DNA from: a virus
Virus record (IMG/VR): IMGVR_UViG_3300027280_000002
Coordinates: 1-64,000 of that record
Length of the DNA: 64,000 bases
Strand: one strand, 5' to 3'
The notes under the pieces are model-generated. The model was not told the origin of the DNA, ran no database searches, and saw only the letters and a program-made list of their open reading frames with translations. Positions 47,889 through 57,317 of the stretch are shown here, piece by piece (the first letter of the stretch is position 1; the number at the start of each line of letters is the position of its first letter). The translations under genes and the position numbers were made by a program.

Positions 47889-50464
47889 TGGCAATTATAA
47901 GATATACAAAAGATGCATCTATAAGGTATGCGTACCTTAACATCTTTCCTGATCAGTTTAAAACTGAAAAACAAAAAAAAGATGATAGTTGGGTTAAAAA
48001 CACTATGGATTACTTTGCAAATCAATCATATGCAATGTATGTTAGAAATAGAGACACCTTTGTAAAGAACTATGATTTAATGAAAGGTGTTCTCCGTAGA
48101 GAAGACTTTTATCAAGAACCAGAAGTAAGAAGTTTCACTGATCAACTTACTACAGATATAGATTTACCAGCATACGTTAAAATGTATTCTATAGTAACTA
48201 CACCTGTTAACGAATTAGTCGGAGAGATATCTAAACGTCCAGACTCATTTAGAGTTAAGGCTTTTGATGATGATAGTCAAGCAGAAGAGTTACAATTTAA
48301 AACAGACACATTACAGAAATATGTAATAACTAAAGTAAAAGAACAAGTAGTGGCAAAAGCTGCTATGGCTGGTGAAGAAATATCAGAAGAAGATATTGAA
48401 AAGATAACCTTTGAACAAGTTAAGGATCAATTAGATAGTTATACATCTGTTGCAGAAAAATGGGCTAATCATGTATTAACTGCTCAAAAAGCAGATTTTA
48501 ACATTAAAGAAAAGTCAGAAGAAGCATTTAGAGATCTTCTTATATCTGCAAGACAGTTCTATCATATCTATGAAGACAATTCTAGATTAGGATATAACAT
48601 TGAGGTTTGTAACCCTAAGAACACTTGGTTCTTAACTACTCCTGATAAGAAATATATATCTGACCCTACAGGAAGAAAACAGGGAGCTTATGCTGCTGGT
48701 ACTGTACAAGTTATGGAACTTTCAGAAATAATTGAAGCTATTCCAGAATTAACAAAAGAAGAAATAGATCACTTAAGAACTTCACTACAGGATTACGGAT
48801 TAATAAATGCTAGAGAATCTAATTTAGATAATCCTGGTGTAACTCCAGGTAATGATTCTATTACATACGACACGTATGATCCATTGGTTTTACAAACACG
48901 TATGATTATTGAATCAGAAATGAAAGAGAACGATGATGGTTTAAGAGACTTTCTTGGATTAACGAACAATGTATCTTCTTTTGGATATAAGTATGTTGTA
49001 ATAAGGTCTTATTGGGTTTCTAAAAAGAAGATAGGTAAGTTAATATATATAGATGAGTTAGGTAACGAACAGTCTGTGCTAGTAGATGAAGACTATAAGT
49101 CAGGAACAATGCCTACACAACAGTCATTAGAGTGGGGTTGGATTAATCAATGGTATCAAGGAATTAAAATTGGTCCAGACATCTATCATGTTAGACCTTA
49201 TAAGCTTTTAGATTACTGCCCAATCATTGGTACAGTTTATGAGCAAAAGAACACAGAGGCAAAATCATTAGTAGATTTAATGAAACCTTTCCAAACTATA
49301 TATAATGTTTGTATGAATCAATTATACAAATTATTAGAGAAGGAAGTTGGTAAGGTACAATTAATGTCACTAAGACATATCCCAGTTCCTAAAGACGGAG
49401 ATGCACAAGATGCTATTGACATCTGGGAAATGGAAGCACGTAATAGAGGAGTGGTATTTGTAGATGATAGTCCAGAGAATTTAAAAGCTCCAAGTTCATT
49501 TAATCAATTTAGTTCATTAGATCTTACACGTACACAAGAAATACAATCACGATATACCTTAGCTCAGCAAATGAAGATTGAATGTTGGGAACTTATAGGT
49601 ATGTCTAAACAGCGTATGGGTACTGTAGCTGCATCAGAAACAGCCACAGGTACAAATACAGCAATGCAACAAAGCTACTCTCAAACAGAGCCTCTATTTG
49701 TTGCACATGAATATGTTCAAGGGCAGTTATATCAAGCAATTGTAGATGCTGCTTTATATACTGAAAGCCATAAACCACAATCTACATTATCATACATAAC
49801 TAATGAAGGAGAATCTGCATTTGTACAAGTAAATGGAAGTGACCTATCGTTACGTGACCTTCAGGTATTTTTAACTAATAGACCAGAAGACACTCAAATG
49901 TTTAATGAACTTAGACAATTGTCTCAAGCTATTATACAAAATGGTGGTACATTATATGATGTAATTGAATTATATAGTACTAAATCAATGAGAGAAATGA
50001 AAAAGACTTTCAAAGATCTTAGAGATAAACAAGAACAGCAACAACAAAAACAGATTCAACTTCAAGAACAACAACAGCAAGCTCAGCAGCAACAAGCTCA
50101 AGCAGCCCTAGAACAAGCTGAAAGAATGAAGATGGAAGAACAAGTTAACGAAGATAGACAGAATGATCTGGACAGAGTTAATAAAAAAGAAGTTGCTCTT
50201 ATTAATGCTATGGCTAAAGGAACAGAAGTTGGGGCAGATATGGATAATTCAGGTGCCCCTGATATTGTAGAACTTTCTAAATTAGAAGCTGAGACTAATA
50301 AAGCTAATAAAGAATATAAAGGAAAGATGGCAGAAATTGATAATAGAAATTCTTTAGCACAACAAAAGTTACAATTGGAAAGAGATAAAATAAAATTAGC
50401 TCGTGAAAATCAGGCTAATGATCTAGCTGTAGCAAAACAAAACGCAAAAGGTCGAAATAAATAA
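47888..50464 (+). CDS. Portal protein (crAss-like, 858 aa)
   Basis: Follows TerL; VNELVGE..KRP, SLVDLMKPFQ..YN, QRMG...ETAT; long Gln-rich C-terminal helix. Confidence 0.88.
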   Translation: MAIIRYTKDASIRYAYLNIFPDQFKTEKQKKDDSWVKNTMDYFANQSYAMYVRNRDTFVKNYDLMKGVLRREDFYQEPEVRSFTDQLTTDIDLPAYVKMYSIVTTPVNELVGEISKRPDSFRVKAFDDDSQAEELQFKTDTLQKYVITKVKEQVVAKAAMAGEEISEEDIEKITFEQVKDQLDSYTSVAEKWANHVLTAQKADFNIKEKSEEAFRDLLISARQFYHIYEDNSRLGYNIEVCNPKNTWFLTTPDKKYISDPTGRKQGAYAAGTVQVMELSEIIEAIPELTKEEIDHLRTSLQDYGLINARESNLDNPGVTPGNDSITYDTYDPLVLQTRMIIESEMKENDDGLRDFLGLTNNVSSFGYKYVVIRSYWVSKKKIGKLIYIDELGNEQSVLVDEDYKSGTMPTQQSLEWGWINQWYQGIKIGPDIYHVRPYKLLDYCPIIGTVYEQKNTEAKSLVDLMKPFQTIYNVCMNQLYKLLEKEVGKVQLMSLRHIPVPKDGDAQDAIDIWEMEARNRGVVFVDDSPENLKAPSSFNQFSSLDLTRTQEIQSRYTLAQQMKIECWELIGMSKQRMGTVAASETATGTNTAMQQSYSQTEPLFVAHEYVQGQLYQAIVDAALYTESHKPQSTLSYITNEGESAFVQVNGSDLSLRDLQVFLTNRPEDTQMFNELRQLSQAIIQNGGTLYDVIELYSTKSMREMKKTFKDLRDKQEQQQQKQIQLQEQQQQAQQQQAQAALEQAERMKMEEQVNEDRQNDLDRVNKKEVALINAMAKGTEVGADMDNSGAPDIVELSKLEAETNKANKEYKGKMAEIDNRNSLAQQKLQLERDKIKLARENQANDLAVAKQNAKGRNK

Positions 50465-50545
50465 GTAAATAATTACATTCATTATAGCACGAAAATAGTT
50501 AATGCTATATTATCTCGAATATTTATAAAAATACATAAATAAAGT

Positions 50546-50576
50546 TTTGTAAATCAATATGACTGAATTAACTTTA
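50546..50576 (+). promoter_or_regulatory. Promoter for scaffold and capsid genes
   Basis: TTTG-N19-TAACTTTA (one mismatch to TAnnTTTG). Confidence 0.55.
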
Positions 50577-50624
50577 CAGTCATACAAGTAAAAAACCAAG
50601 TTTTAATAAAAAAAATAACTACAT

Positions 50625-51899
50625 ATGTCTGATAATTTACAGCCACAAGGTAACTTTGGCATCCAAGATACCGTAAATATGGGATCTGGAGATGCACAAT
50701 TGCTAAATGATTTAATGGCTCCAGAAACTGCAAGTGGCAGTCCTGAGACCGTTGAACCAATAATAAAAGAAACTGAAGATGTTATACCAGCTACACAGGC
50801 ACCGAAAGGTAAGGATATTATTCCTCCTAAAAGTGTAGATGGAAAAACAGATGAAGAAAAGCAAACAGGGGAATCTCTTATTTCTGATTTTTTAAGTAAT
50901 GATCCTGATGCAATTGAGGAAGAAGAAGTTGAAATTGATATACCTGAAGTCGAAGAACCTAAAGATGTTCTTGATGAAGTGGTAAACGATGAAGAAGCTG
51001 AAGTTGGTTCTGCAAACTTTGAAGCACTATCAAAAGATCTATTTGATCTAGGGGTGTTTAATAAAGAAGAAGGAGAAGAAGTAAGCATTGAAACTCCTGA
51101 AGATTTTTTAGCTCGATTTGAATCTGAAAAGAAAAAAGGAGCACAAAGTTTAGTCCAAGACTTTATAGGTCAATTTGGAGAAGATTATCAAAATGCATTT
51201 GAGTCCATCTTTGTAAAAGGTGTAGATCCAAAAGAATACTTTGGAGCATATAACCAGATAGTAAATTTCTCTGAAATGGATCTATCCAAAGAAAACAATC
51301 AAAAGCAAGTAATGCGTGAAGCACTTCTTGCACAAGGATTTGAAAAAGAAGACATAGGTAAAGAAATAGAGAGATTAGAAAATTACGGTGATCTCGAAAC
51401 AGTATCTACTAGACATCATAAGGTGCTAGTAAAAAAGGAAGCTGCAAAGCTTGCGAAACTAGAAGCAAAGTCACAACAAGAGTTACAAGCAAAATCTGAT
51501 ATTAAAAATCAGTATGTAACAAATGTACAGGCTATACTTTCTGATAAAGTGAAAAATAAAGAGTTTGATGGTATACCTATTAACTCTAATTTAGCTAACG
51601 AACTACAAGACTTCTTAATAACAGATAAGTGGAAAACACCTACTGGAGAAACACTGACTGACTTTGATCGTTCTATTTTAGATTTGAAAAGACCTGAGAA
51701 CCATGAACAAAAAGTCAAAGTAGGTTTACTCCTTAAGATGTTAGAAAAAGATCCAACCTTATCAAGTATACAAAAAGCAGGCGTGACTAAAAAGTCAAAC
51801 AAGCTATTTGGAGAAGTTGCGAGACAAGTTACTAAATCAAAAACAGTTGCTTCAACTAAAACAACGAGTAAACAGAAACCAAATTCATGGTTCATATAA
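50625..51899 (+). CDS. Putative capsid scaffolding protein
   Basis: Acidic, disordered N-terminus and helical body; lies between portal and capsid genes. Confidence 0.65.
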   Translation: MSDNLQPQGNFGIQDTVNMGSGDAQLLNDLMAPETASGSPETVEPIIKETEDVIPATQAPKGKDIIPPKSVDGKTDEEKQTGESLISDFLSNDPDAIEEEEVEIDIPEVEEPKDVLDEVVNDEEAEVGSANFEALSKDLFDLGVFNKEEGEEVSIETPEDFLARFESEKKKGAQSLVQDFIGQFGEDYQNAFESIFVKGVDPKEYFGAYNQIVNFSEMDLSKENNQKQVMREALLAQGFEKEDIGKEIERLENYGDLETVSTRHHKVLVKKEAAKLAKLEAKSQQELQAKSDIKNQYVTNVQAILSDKVKNKEFDGIPINSNLANELQDFLITDKWKTPTGETLTDFDRSILDLKRPENHEQKVKVGLLLKMLEKDPTLSSIQKAGVTKKSNKLFGEVARQVTKSKTVASTKTTSKQKPNSWFI

Positions 51900-51928
51900 T
51901 AATTATTAATTAATAAAAAACGAATAAA

Positions 51929-53494
51929 ATGGCAATTCAAACAATCCCAGGTTTAACTGGTTTTACTTATGCACGAGTAGCGTCTATGGATGCACGTGCT
52001 GTAGGTAAACTTACAGATTCAAACCACTTAGAGTCTTTTCACTCTACTGAGCCTGCAGATTATGATAAAAAGATTATCAGTCTGTATACTCAATCTTCAT
52101 TGTATAGCAATGATTTCCTAGACATGATCAATAAGAGTACACCTTACTATATTGATACAAACAGTGATTCATGGAAATGGAACATTGCAGTACCTTACAA
52201 ATTCCCAAAAATTATTGACATTCCTAAATCTACGCAAGATACTATTGCTGCTACAGGTAAAGTAGGAATCGATGGACAAGAGTTCGAATTAATATTGAGT
52301 TCTAACGAATTCTCTAAGAATGCGATTATTTCTGTTGGTACACGTCAGTACGGACCACGTTTTTACGTGATCAAAGATCCACAACCATGGAACATGGGAT
52401 GGATATATAAATTTACACTTGTTAGTGATAACCCAACAGTAGATTTCGTTAATACTACATTTTTAACACAAGGTGTTGAATTAGAATTAGTAGATGCTGC
52501 AATTGGAGAATTCGATCAAGATTTATTAGGTCTTCCAAGATTAGGTGAAGAGATCACTATGTTTGAATCATTAGGTTCTGCATATGGATATGAGCACAAA
52601 ATTACGGAATGGGCTGATGATAAAATGTTAAGAGACTCTTCTGGGAAACCATTAGATATTTTAGTATATGCACCACAACGACGTAATCAACTTCCTTTAA
52701 GAAGAGAAGATGTTAAGTGGGAGCCGTTCATTGAATTCTGGATGCGTAAATCTATGTTAGAATTAAAAGTTAAACGTATGATCTGGGCTTCTCCAGGTAC
52801 AGTTAAGACTAATGGTTCTAAGCAAGAAGTAAAAAGAACTTCTGCTGGTGTATACCACAGAATGAGAAATAACGGAAACTTAGTACAATACAATAGAGGT
52901 GAATTCTCTGCAAACTTGATTCGTTCAGTATTTGGAGATTTATTCTACAGAAGAGTGGATGTTAAAGACCGTAGAGTTAAGATGTATACTAATGAGGCTG
53001 GATTCGATGTATTCCAACAAGCTCTTAAGAATGATGCACTTAATTCTGGACTTACTTTCATGGCAGATTCTGGAAACAGATATATGCAAGGTGAAGGACA
53101 GAATATCACTTATAACTTTGCATTTGACGCAATGGTTACAAGAGAAACAGGTCGTGTTGAATTGATTCACTTAAAAGAACTTGATTTACCACAAACTAAT
53201 TTAGAATTTGGACAAAACATGAAATCTACTCCAGTATTTATGGTGTTTGATGTTTCTCCACTATCTGATGGTGCAATGGTAAACAATATCCGTGAAGTTC
53301 GTATGAAGGGTGCACCTTCTATGACATGGGGTTATATTGATGGTACTCGTTCCCACTTAGGCTTTGCAAAGTCTCAAGGAATGCAGTCTGCTAACAAATT
53401 CCCAGGTTATGAATTATGGATGAAAGATCGATGTGATGTATTCATTGAAGATTTATCAAGAACTGTACTTATAGAAGAAATTCCACAGTTCTAG
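51929..53494 (+). CDS. Major capsid protein (crAss-like)
   Basis: 521 aa; canonical position after portal and scaffold; codon bias suggests high expression. Confidence 0.85.
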   Translation: MAIQTIPGLTGFTYARVASMDARAVGKLTDSNHLESFHSTEPADYDKKIISLYTQSSLYSNDFLDMINKSTPYYIDTNSDSWKWNIAVPYKFPKIIDIPKSTQDTIAATGKVGIDGQEFELILSSNEFSKNAIISVGTRQYGPRFYVIKDPQPWNMGWIYKFTLVSDNPTVDFVNTTFLTQGVELELVDAAIGEFDQDLLGLPRLGEEITMFESLGSAYGYEHKITEWADDKMLRDSSGKPLDILVYAPQRRNQLPLRREDVKWEPFIEFWMRKSMLELKVKRMIWASPGTVKTNGSKQEVKRTSAGVYHRMRNNGNLVQYNRGEFSANLIRSVFGDLFYRRVDVKDRRVKMYTNEAGFDVFQQALKNDALNSGLTFMADSGNRYMQGEGQNITYNFAFDAMVTRETGRVELIHLKELDLPQTNLEFGQNMKSTPVFMVFDVSPLSDGAMVNNIREVRMKGAPSMTWGYIDGTRSHLGFAKSQGMQSANKFPGYELWMKDRCDVFIEDLSRTVLIEEIPQF

Positions 53495-53504
53495 TAACAA
53501 TATC

Positions 53505-53607
53505 CGAGAAGTATCCCCTCACCCACACTGTCCCTCCTCAGAGGGGATAACTTTCTCAACAACCAGAGTGCTGAATTAACTTTCTACCTATTGAATTAGA
53601 GCACTCT
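53505..53607 (+). other. Tandem stem-loops after the major capsid gene
   Basis: GAGAAG-TATCCCCTC...GAGGGGATA-ACTTTCTC and AGAGTGCT...AGCACTCT. Confidence 0.65.
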
Positions 53608-53647
53608 ACAAATAGTAATAAACCAAATAAATTAATTAAACTACATT

Positions 53648-54616
53648 ATGGGTAAATTAGGAAAAATCTCTACGATTAAAAGAGAGTATAATGGTAATCA
53701 ATTACAAACACTTCAAAGTGGCTTATCATCTCAAGGTATGACAAGAATTCCTGGAACAGGAGTTTTTAAATATCCTTATAAAGAATTAGATGGAAAATAC
53801 AGAACAGGACTAGATCCTGATGCTGGTTATATTAAACGCATAGCAGATCCAACTGAAAGAGAACTTGAAATCGAAAGAGTTACTGCTCTTAGAGACAGGT
53901 TACAATCATCATTGGGTGATATAGATTTAGGACCAAGAGCTAAGTTCTGGAATTACGGACTGTCTCAAGGAACTAATGATGATCTACATGTAAAATCTGT
54001 AAAACTTTTAGATGGTGATAATTTTTATGACTTAAGTGTTCCTATTCAAGAAATTTGTTTTGCTTGGCTGAGAGTACATCCAACTATTGCATCTTCATAC
54101 GGTGCATGGCAAAGAGGAGAATTTCCAGCTGATACACAGTTTTATGTTGTAAATGATGAAATTGAAAATCAACTTGTTTATAAAAAGAAACAGTCTATCA
54201 ACAAAGCAATTGTTAAGTTTGATGGAATGAGTCCAGAGAAGAAAAGAAAAGTCGGAAGGCTATTAGGACTTCCTGTAACAAACGAATCTAAAGAAGAAGT
54301 GGTTTACAATTTAGTAGACAACATGTTAAAAGAAACCGAAATGAAAGGTGGAACATTCCAAGGATTAAATCCTATAGAAGTATTTAACAGATTTGCTGAC
54401 ATGAAAGAAAATTTACTCCATATAAAAGATTTAATTAAACAAGCTATAACACACTCTATATATAGAATCAAACCAAGCGGTAAGGTTTATGAAGGAGAGT
54501 ACGAAGTAGCAATGGACGAAGAAGAATTAGTAAAATATATGATTGACGAAGATAATCAAGATGACTTACTAGTACTTGAAAAGAAATTGAAATCTAAAAA
54601 ACTAGCTTCTGTATAA
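53648..54616 (+). CDS. Conserved crAss-like capsid-module protein
   Basis: 322 aa, directly after the capsid gene; positional call. Confidence 0.6.
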   Translation: MGKLGKISTIKREYNGNQLQTLQSGLSSQGMTRIPGTGVFKYPYKELDGKYRTGLDPDAGYIKRIADPTERELEIERVTALRDRLQSSLGDIDLGPRAKFWNYGLSQGTNDDLHVKSVKLLDGDNFYDLSVPIQEICFAWLRVHPTIASSYGAWQRGEFPADTQFYVVNDEIENQLVYKKKQSINKAIVKFDGMSPEKKRKVGRLLGLPVTNESKEEVVYNLVDNMLKETEMKGGTFQGLNPIEVFNRFADMKENLLHIKDLIKQAITHSIYRIKPSGKVYEGEYEVAMDEEELVKYMIDEDNQDDLLVLEKKLKSKKLASV

Positions 54617-54628
54617 GAAGTTAGTTTT
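54598..54628 (+). terminator. Stem-loop terminator
   Basis: AAAACTAGCTTCT-GTATA-AGAAGTTAGTTTT spanning the stop codon. Confidence 0.55.
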
Positions 54629-54645
54629 AACAAACATAGTTAAAT

Positions 54646-55377
54646 ATGATACCAGTAGATAGTTTATTATATAAAATAGATCAAAAACTAAATAAACTAT
54701 CAACTAACGAGCACCAACAGATTGCATTAGAAGACAAAATCTTAAGCTTGAATGAAGCTCAGATTAAGTTGATAAAACAAAAAGTTGATGGTTTTAGTGT
54801 CCCTAACCGATTAGGTTATGATGCTTTTAAAAAAAGGTATGAGGATTTACAGAATCTAGTTATAGATTTTACAAATCAACCACTTACGTTAGAGGAATCT
54901 AACAAAGAATTAAATCAATGGGATGCAGATCTTACTCTCCTAACACCTAAATACATGTTTTATGTAGATAGCTATGTGTTAGCAGACAAAGGTAGATGCA
55001 AAAATCGAAAGATATGGATTAATAAAGATCTAAGTAAACATGGAGATCTATCTATTTTACTTAACAATGATCATTATAAACCAAGTTTTGAATATCAGGA
55101 AACCTTAAATGGCATATCCTCTAATTCAATAAGCATTTACACGGATGGAACTTTTACTCCCACAACTATACAAGTAATGTACATGAGATATCCTGTCTAT
55201 ATAAATAAGGCAGGATACATTATGTTAGATGGAACACCATCGACAGATGTAAATTGCGAACTAGAACTATACTTAGAAGATGAAATTGTAGATTTAACAG
55301 TTCAGAATCTAGCTATGTATACAGAGAATGCTGCTGCGGTTCAAAGTGCACAATTCAGAATTCAAACAAATGAATAA
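54646..55377 (+). CDS. Putative head-tail adaptor / ring protein
   Basis: LNEAQ, YMRYP, CEL...EIVDL pattern; position in the capsid module. Confidence 0.6.
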   Translation: MIPVDSLLYKIDQKLNKLSTNEHQQIALEDKILSLNEAQIKLIKQKVDGFSVPNRLGYDAFKKRYEDLQNLVIDFTNQPLTLEESNKELNQWDADLTLLTPKYMFYVDSYVLADKGRCKNRKIWINKDLSKHGDLSILLNNDHYKPSFEYQETLNGISSNSISIYTDGTFTPTTIQVMYMRYPVYINKAGYIMLDGTPSTDVNCELELYLEDEIVDLTVQNLAMYTENAAAVQSAQFRIQTNE

Positions 55378-55404
55378 TTATAACCCTAAAAAAAAGAATA
55401 AATT

Positions 55405-56541
55405 ATGAGTACATTCGCATTAACCACGTTATTCGTGGTGCCAGTAGGTCAGACAACTCTGCCTAGCACTGGTTCGACTCAAGACCTTACAAAAGGTCAA
55501 GTAGGATTTTTCAATAGCTCCTATGCTACAGTAAACGCTGGAACAATAGCTGCTTCTCCGTATTTCTACGTAGCACAAGGTAGAGAAAACACCTATTTAC
55601 AAGGATCAAAAAGATCTGACAAAATTAAAGGATGCCCAACAGCTGGTGCTTCTTGCAACTCTAACGTTACAGAATGGTACAAAGCTTCTGGTTGTGATAC
55701 TGCTGCTAACCAAATTACTGACGTTACAGACTTTAAAGTACAATGTGGTGAAATAGTAACATTAACACTACGTGCTTTTTCTAGTTATATTAATACTTTA
55801 TACTTCAACGGATTTACACGTTCAGTAACCGTACAAGCTCCATGTTGTGAATGTGGAGGTGATGTATGTACTGATGTTGACACTAACGCATTAATCAACT
55901 CTTTAATTGCTAAGTTAAACCAAAGCGCTCCTGGAGATAATCCAGATAACGTATCTTTTAAAAGTTTCTTTACTTTTGAAAATGTTGGTGGAACAATACT
56001 AAGAATCCACGGTAAACCATTAACTAAATATGGACAACCATGTGACGTTGCTGCATTCCCATTTGAATATGATAGAATGTACTTCAACACATTTATATAT
56101 GATGGACCAGCTACTACTGCTGATTTTATTGTTGCTGATTCTTGTAACATTGTTGCAACCTCTACCATAACTCAGACTTCTACATATCCTTCAGGACTTT
56201 CTGCTGAATGGAAACAAGCAGAAATTAATTACTATAGCTACCAAGCTGGGTATTTAAAATCTCTATATAGAATGGGTGGATACAACGAGAACTTTGAGTC
56301 TTATGTGACTGAAGGAACTGTATATGATAGCTACTATATTCGTTTTAATGAATATGATAAAGGAGCATACCAATGGGGTGACTATATCCATCAAGATTCT
56401 ATCGTGATGATTGCTGTCCCAAATGAAGCGTCAGTTGCTGGTATTGCTACTGCTGTAGAGGCTGTCTTAGTTGGAGCTTTAGGGCCTGTTGTTGATAACA
56501 ATGAGTGTATCACAACTACAACTACTACAACTGCTGCTTAA
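55405..56541 (+). CDS. Putative auxiliary capsid/decoration protein with C-terminal poly-Thr tag
   Basis: Beta-rich and Cys-rich; capsid-like codon bias; ends NECITTTTTTTAA*. Confidence 0.65.
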   Translation: MSTFALTTLFVVPVGQTTLPSTGSTQDLTKGQVGFFNSSYATVNAGTIAASPYFYVAQGRENTYLQGSKRSDKIKGCPTAGASCNSNVTEWYKASGCDTAANQITDVTDFKVQCGEIVTLTLRAFSSYINTLYFNGFTRSVTVQAPCCECGGDVCTDVDTNALINSLIAKLNQSAPGDNPDNVSFKSFFTFENVGGTILRIHGKPLTKYGQPCDVAAFPFEYDRMYFNTFIYDGPATTADFIVADSCNIVATSTITQTSTYPSGLSAEWKQAEINYYSYQAGYLKSLYRMGGYNENFESYVTEGTVYDSYYIRFNEYDKGAYQWGDYIHQDSIVMIAVPNEASVAGIATAVEAVLVGALGPVVDNNECITTTTTTTAA

Positions 56542-56574
56542 TAAAAAAGTATATATAATACAATACTAACCTAT

Positions 56575-56621
56575 AATACCAGAGGTGTGAGGATAATACT
56601 CAATCCTCTGGTATTTTTTTT
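56575..56621 (+). terminator. Rho-independent terminator
   Basis: AATACCAGAGG...CCTCTGGTATT followed by a T tract. Confidence 0.8.
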
Positions 56622-56631
56622 AAATAAATTT

Positions 56632-57198
56632 ATGGCAGCTAATTTTCAGTTAGATCTTATTGTTCCTCCAAGTTATAGTGTAAATCTACTTGCTGTTACA
56701 GATGCATCTGTCTATCCAGACAGCCCTCCTGTAGTATCAGCACCTAGTATTGAGATTCAAATTCCTGGATTTGGAACAAAGATAATCCCTTTTATACCTT
56801 TAGATACAAACATTTTTGCGTCAGATACCTTAGGCATTACTGAAGCTGGATGTAAACAACCTATTCCAGATGGAATTTACCATTTGAAATATTCGGTTGC
56901 ACCTTCATATTTAAACTATGTTGAGAAAACAATTATGCGCATAGACAAACTTCAAGAGAAATTTGACAATGCATTTTTAAAACTTAACATGATGGAGTGT
57001 GCTAGTGAAATAAAAACACAGTCAAGTGTTACATTAAATACAATTAATTTCTTTATTCAAGGCTCTGTAGCAGCTGCTAACAATTGTGCTGAAAAGGAAT
57101 CAACAACATTATATAATCAAGCTAGTAACATGCTTGATACATTTATAAAATCAAACTGTGGTTGTACAGGTAACAACTACACAATAAACTTTCATTAA
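56632..57198 (+). CDS. Virion structural protein (putative)
   Basis: ATG at 56632 (MAANFQLDL); IPDGIYHLKYS; C-terminal NCGC. Confidence 0.65.
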   Translation: MAANFQLDLIVPPSYSVNLLAVTDASVYPDSPPVVSAPSIEIQIPGFGTKIIPFIPLDTNIFASDTLGITEAGCKQPIPDGIYHLKYSVAPSYLNYVEKTIMRIDKLQEKFDNAFLKLNMMECASEIKTQSSVTLNTINFFIQGSVAAANNCAEKESTTLYNQASNMLDTFIKSNCGCTGNNYTINFH

Positions 57199-57200
57199 TT

Positions 57201-57299
57201 ATGGCGCAATGTGCAGGATGTGGAGCTCAGGTGGGATGTGGTTGTAGACTAAGTAACGGTCTATGCAGCACCTGTCAGCCCAAAGTAAATAAAAAGTAA
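57201..57299 (+). CDS. 32-aa Cys-rich peptide (not in ORF track)
   Basis: MAQCAGCGAQVGCGCRLSNGLCSTCQPKVNKK*; fills the intergenic gap. Confidence 0.7.
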   Translation: MAQCAGCGAQVGCGCRLSNGLCSTCQPKVNKK

Positions 57300-57317
57300 A
57301 GTAAAAAAGTAAGACAT

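Noticed and set aside
56587-56631. Longest-ORF starts given in the track (56587, 6665, 33745, 36062, 39427, 19772)
   Set aside because: They overlap terminators, promoters or other genes; downstream ATGs with A-rich context or translational coupling fit better.
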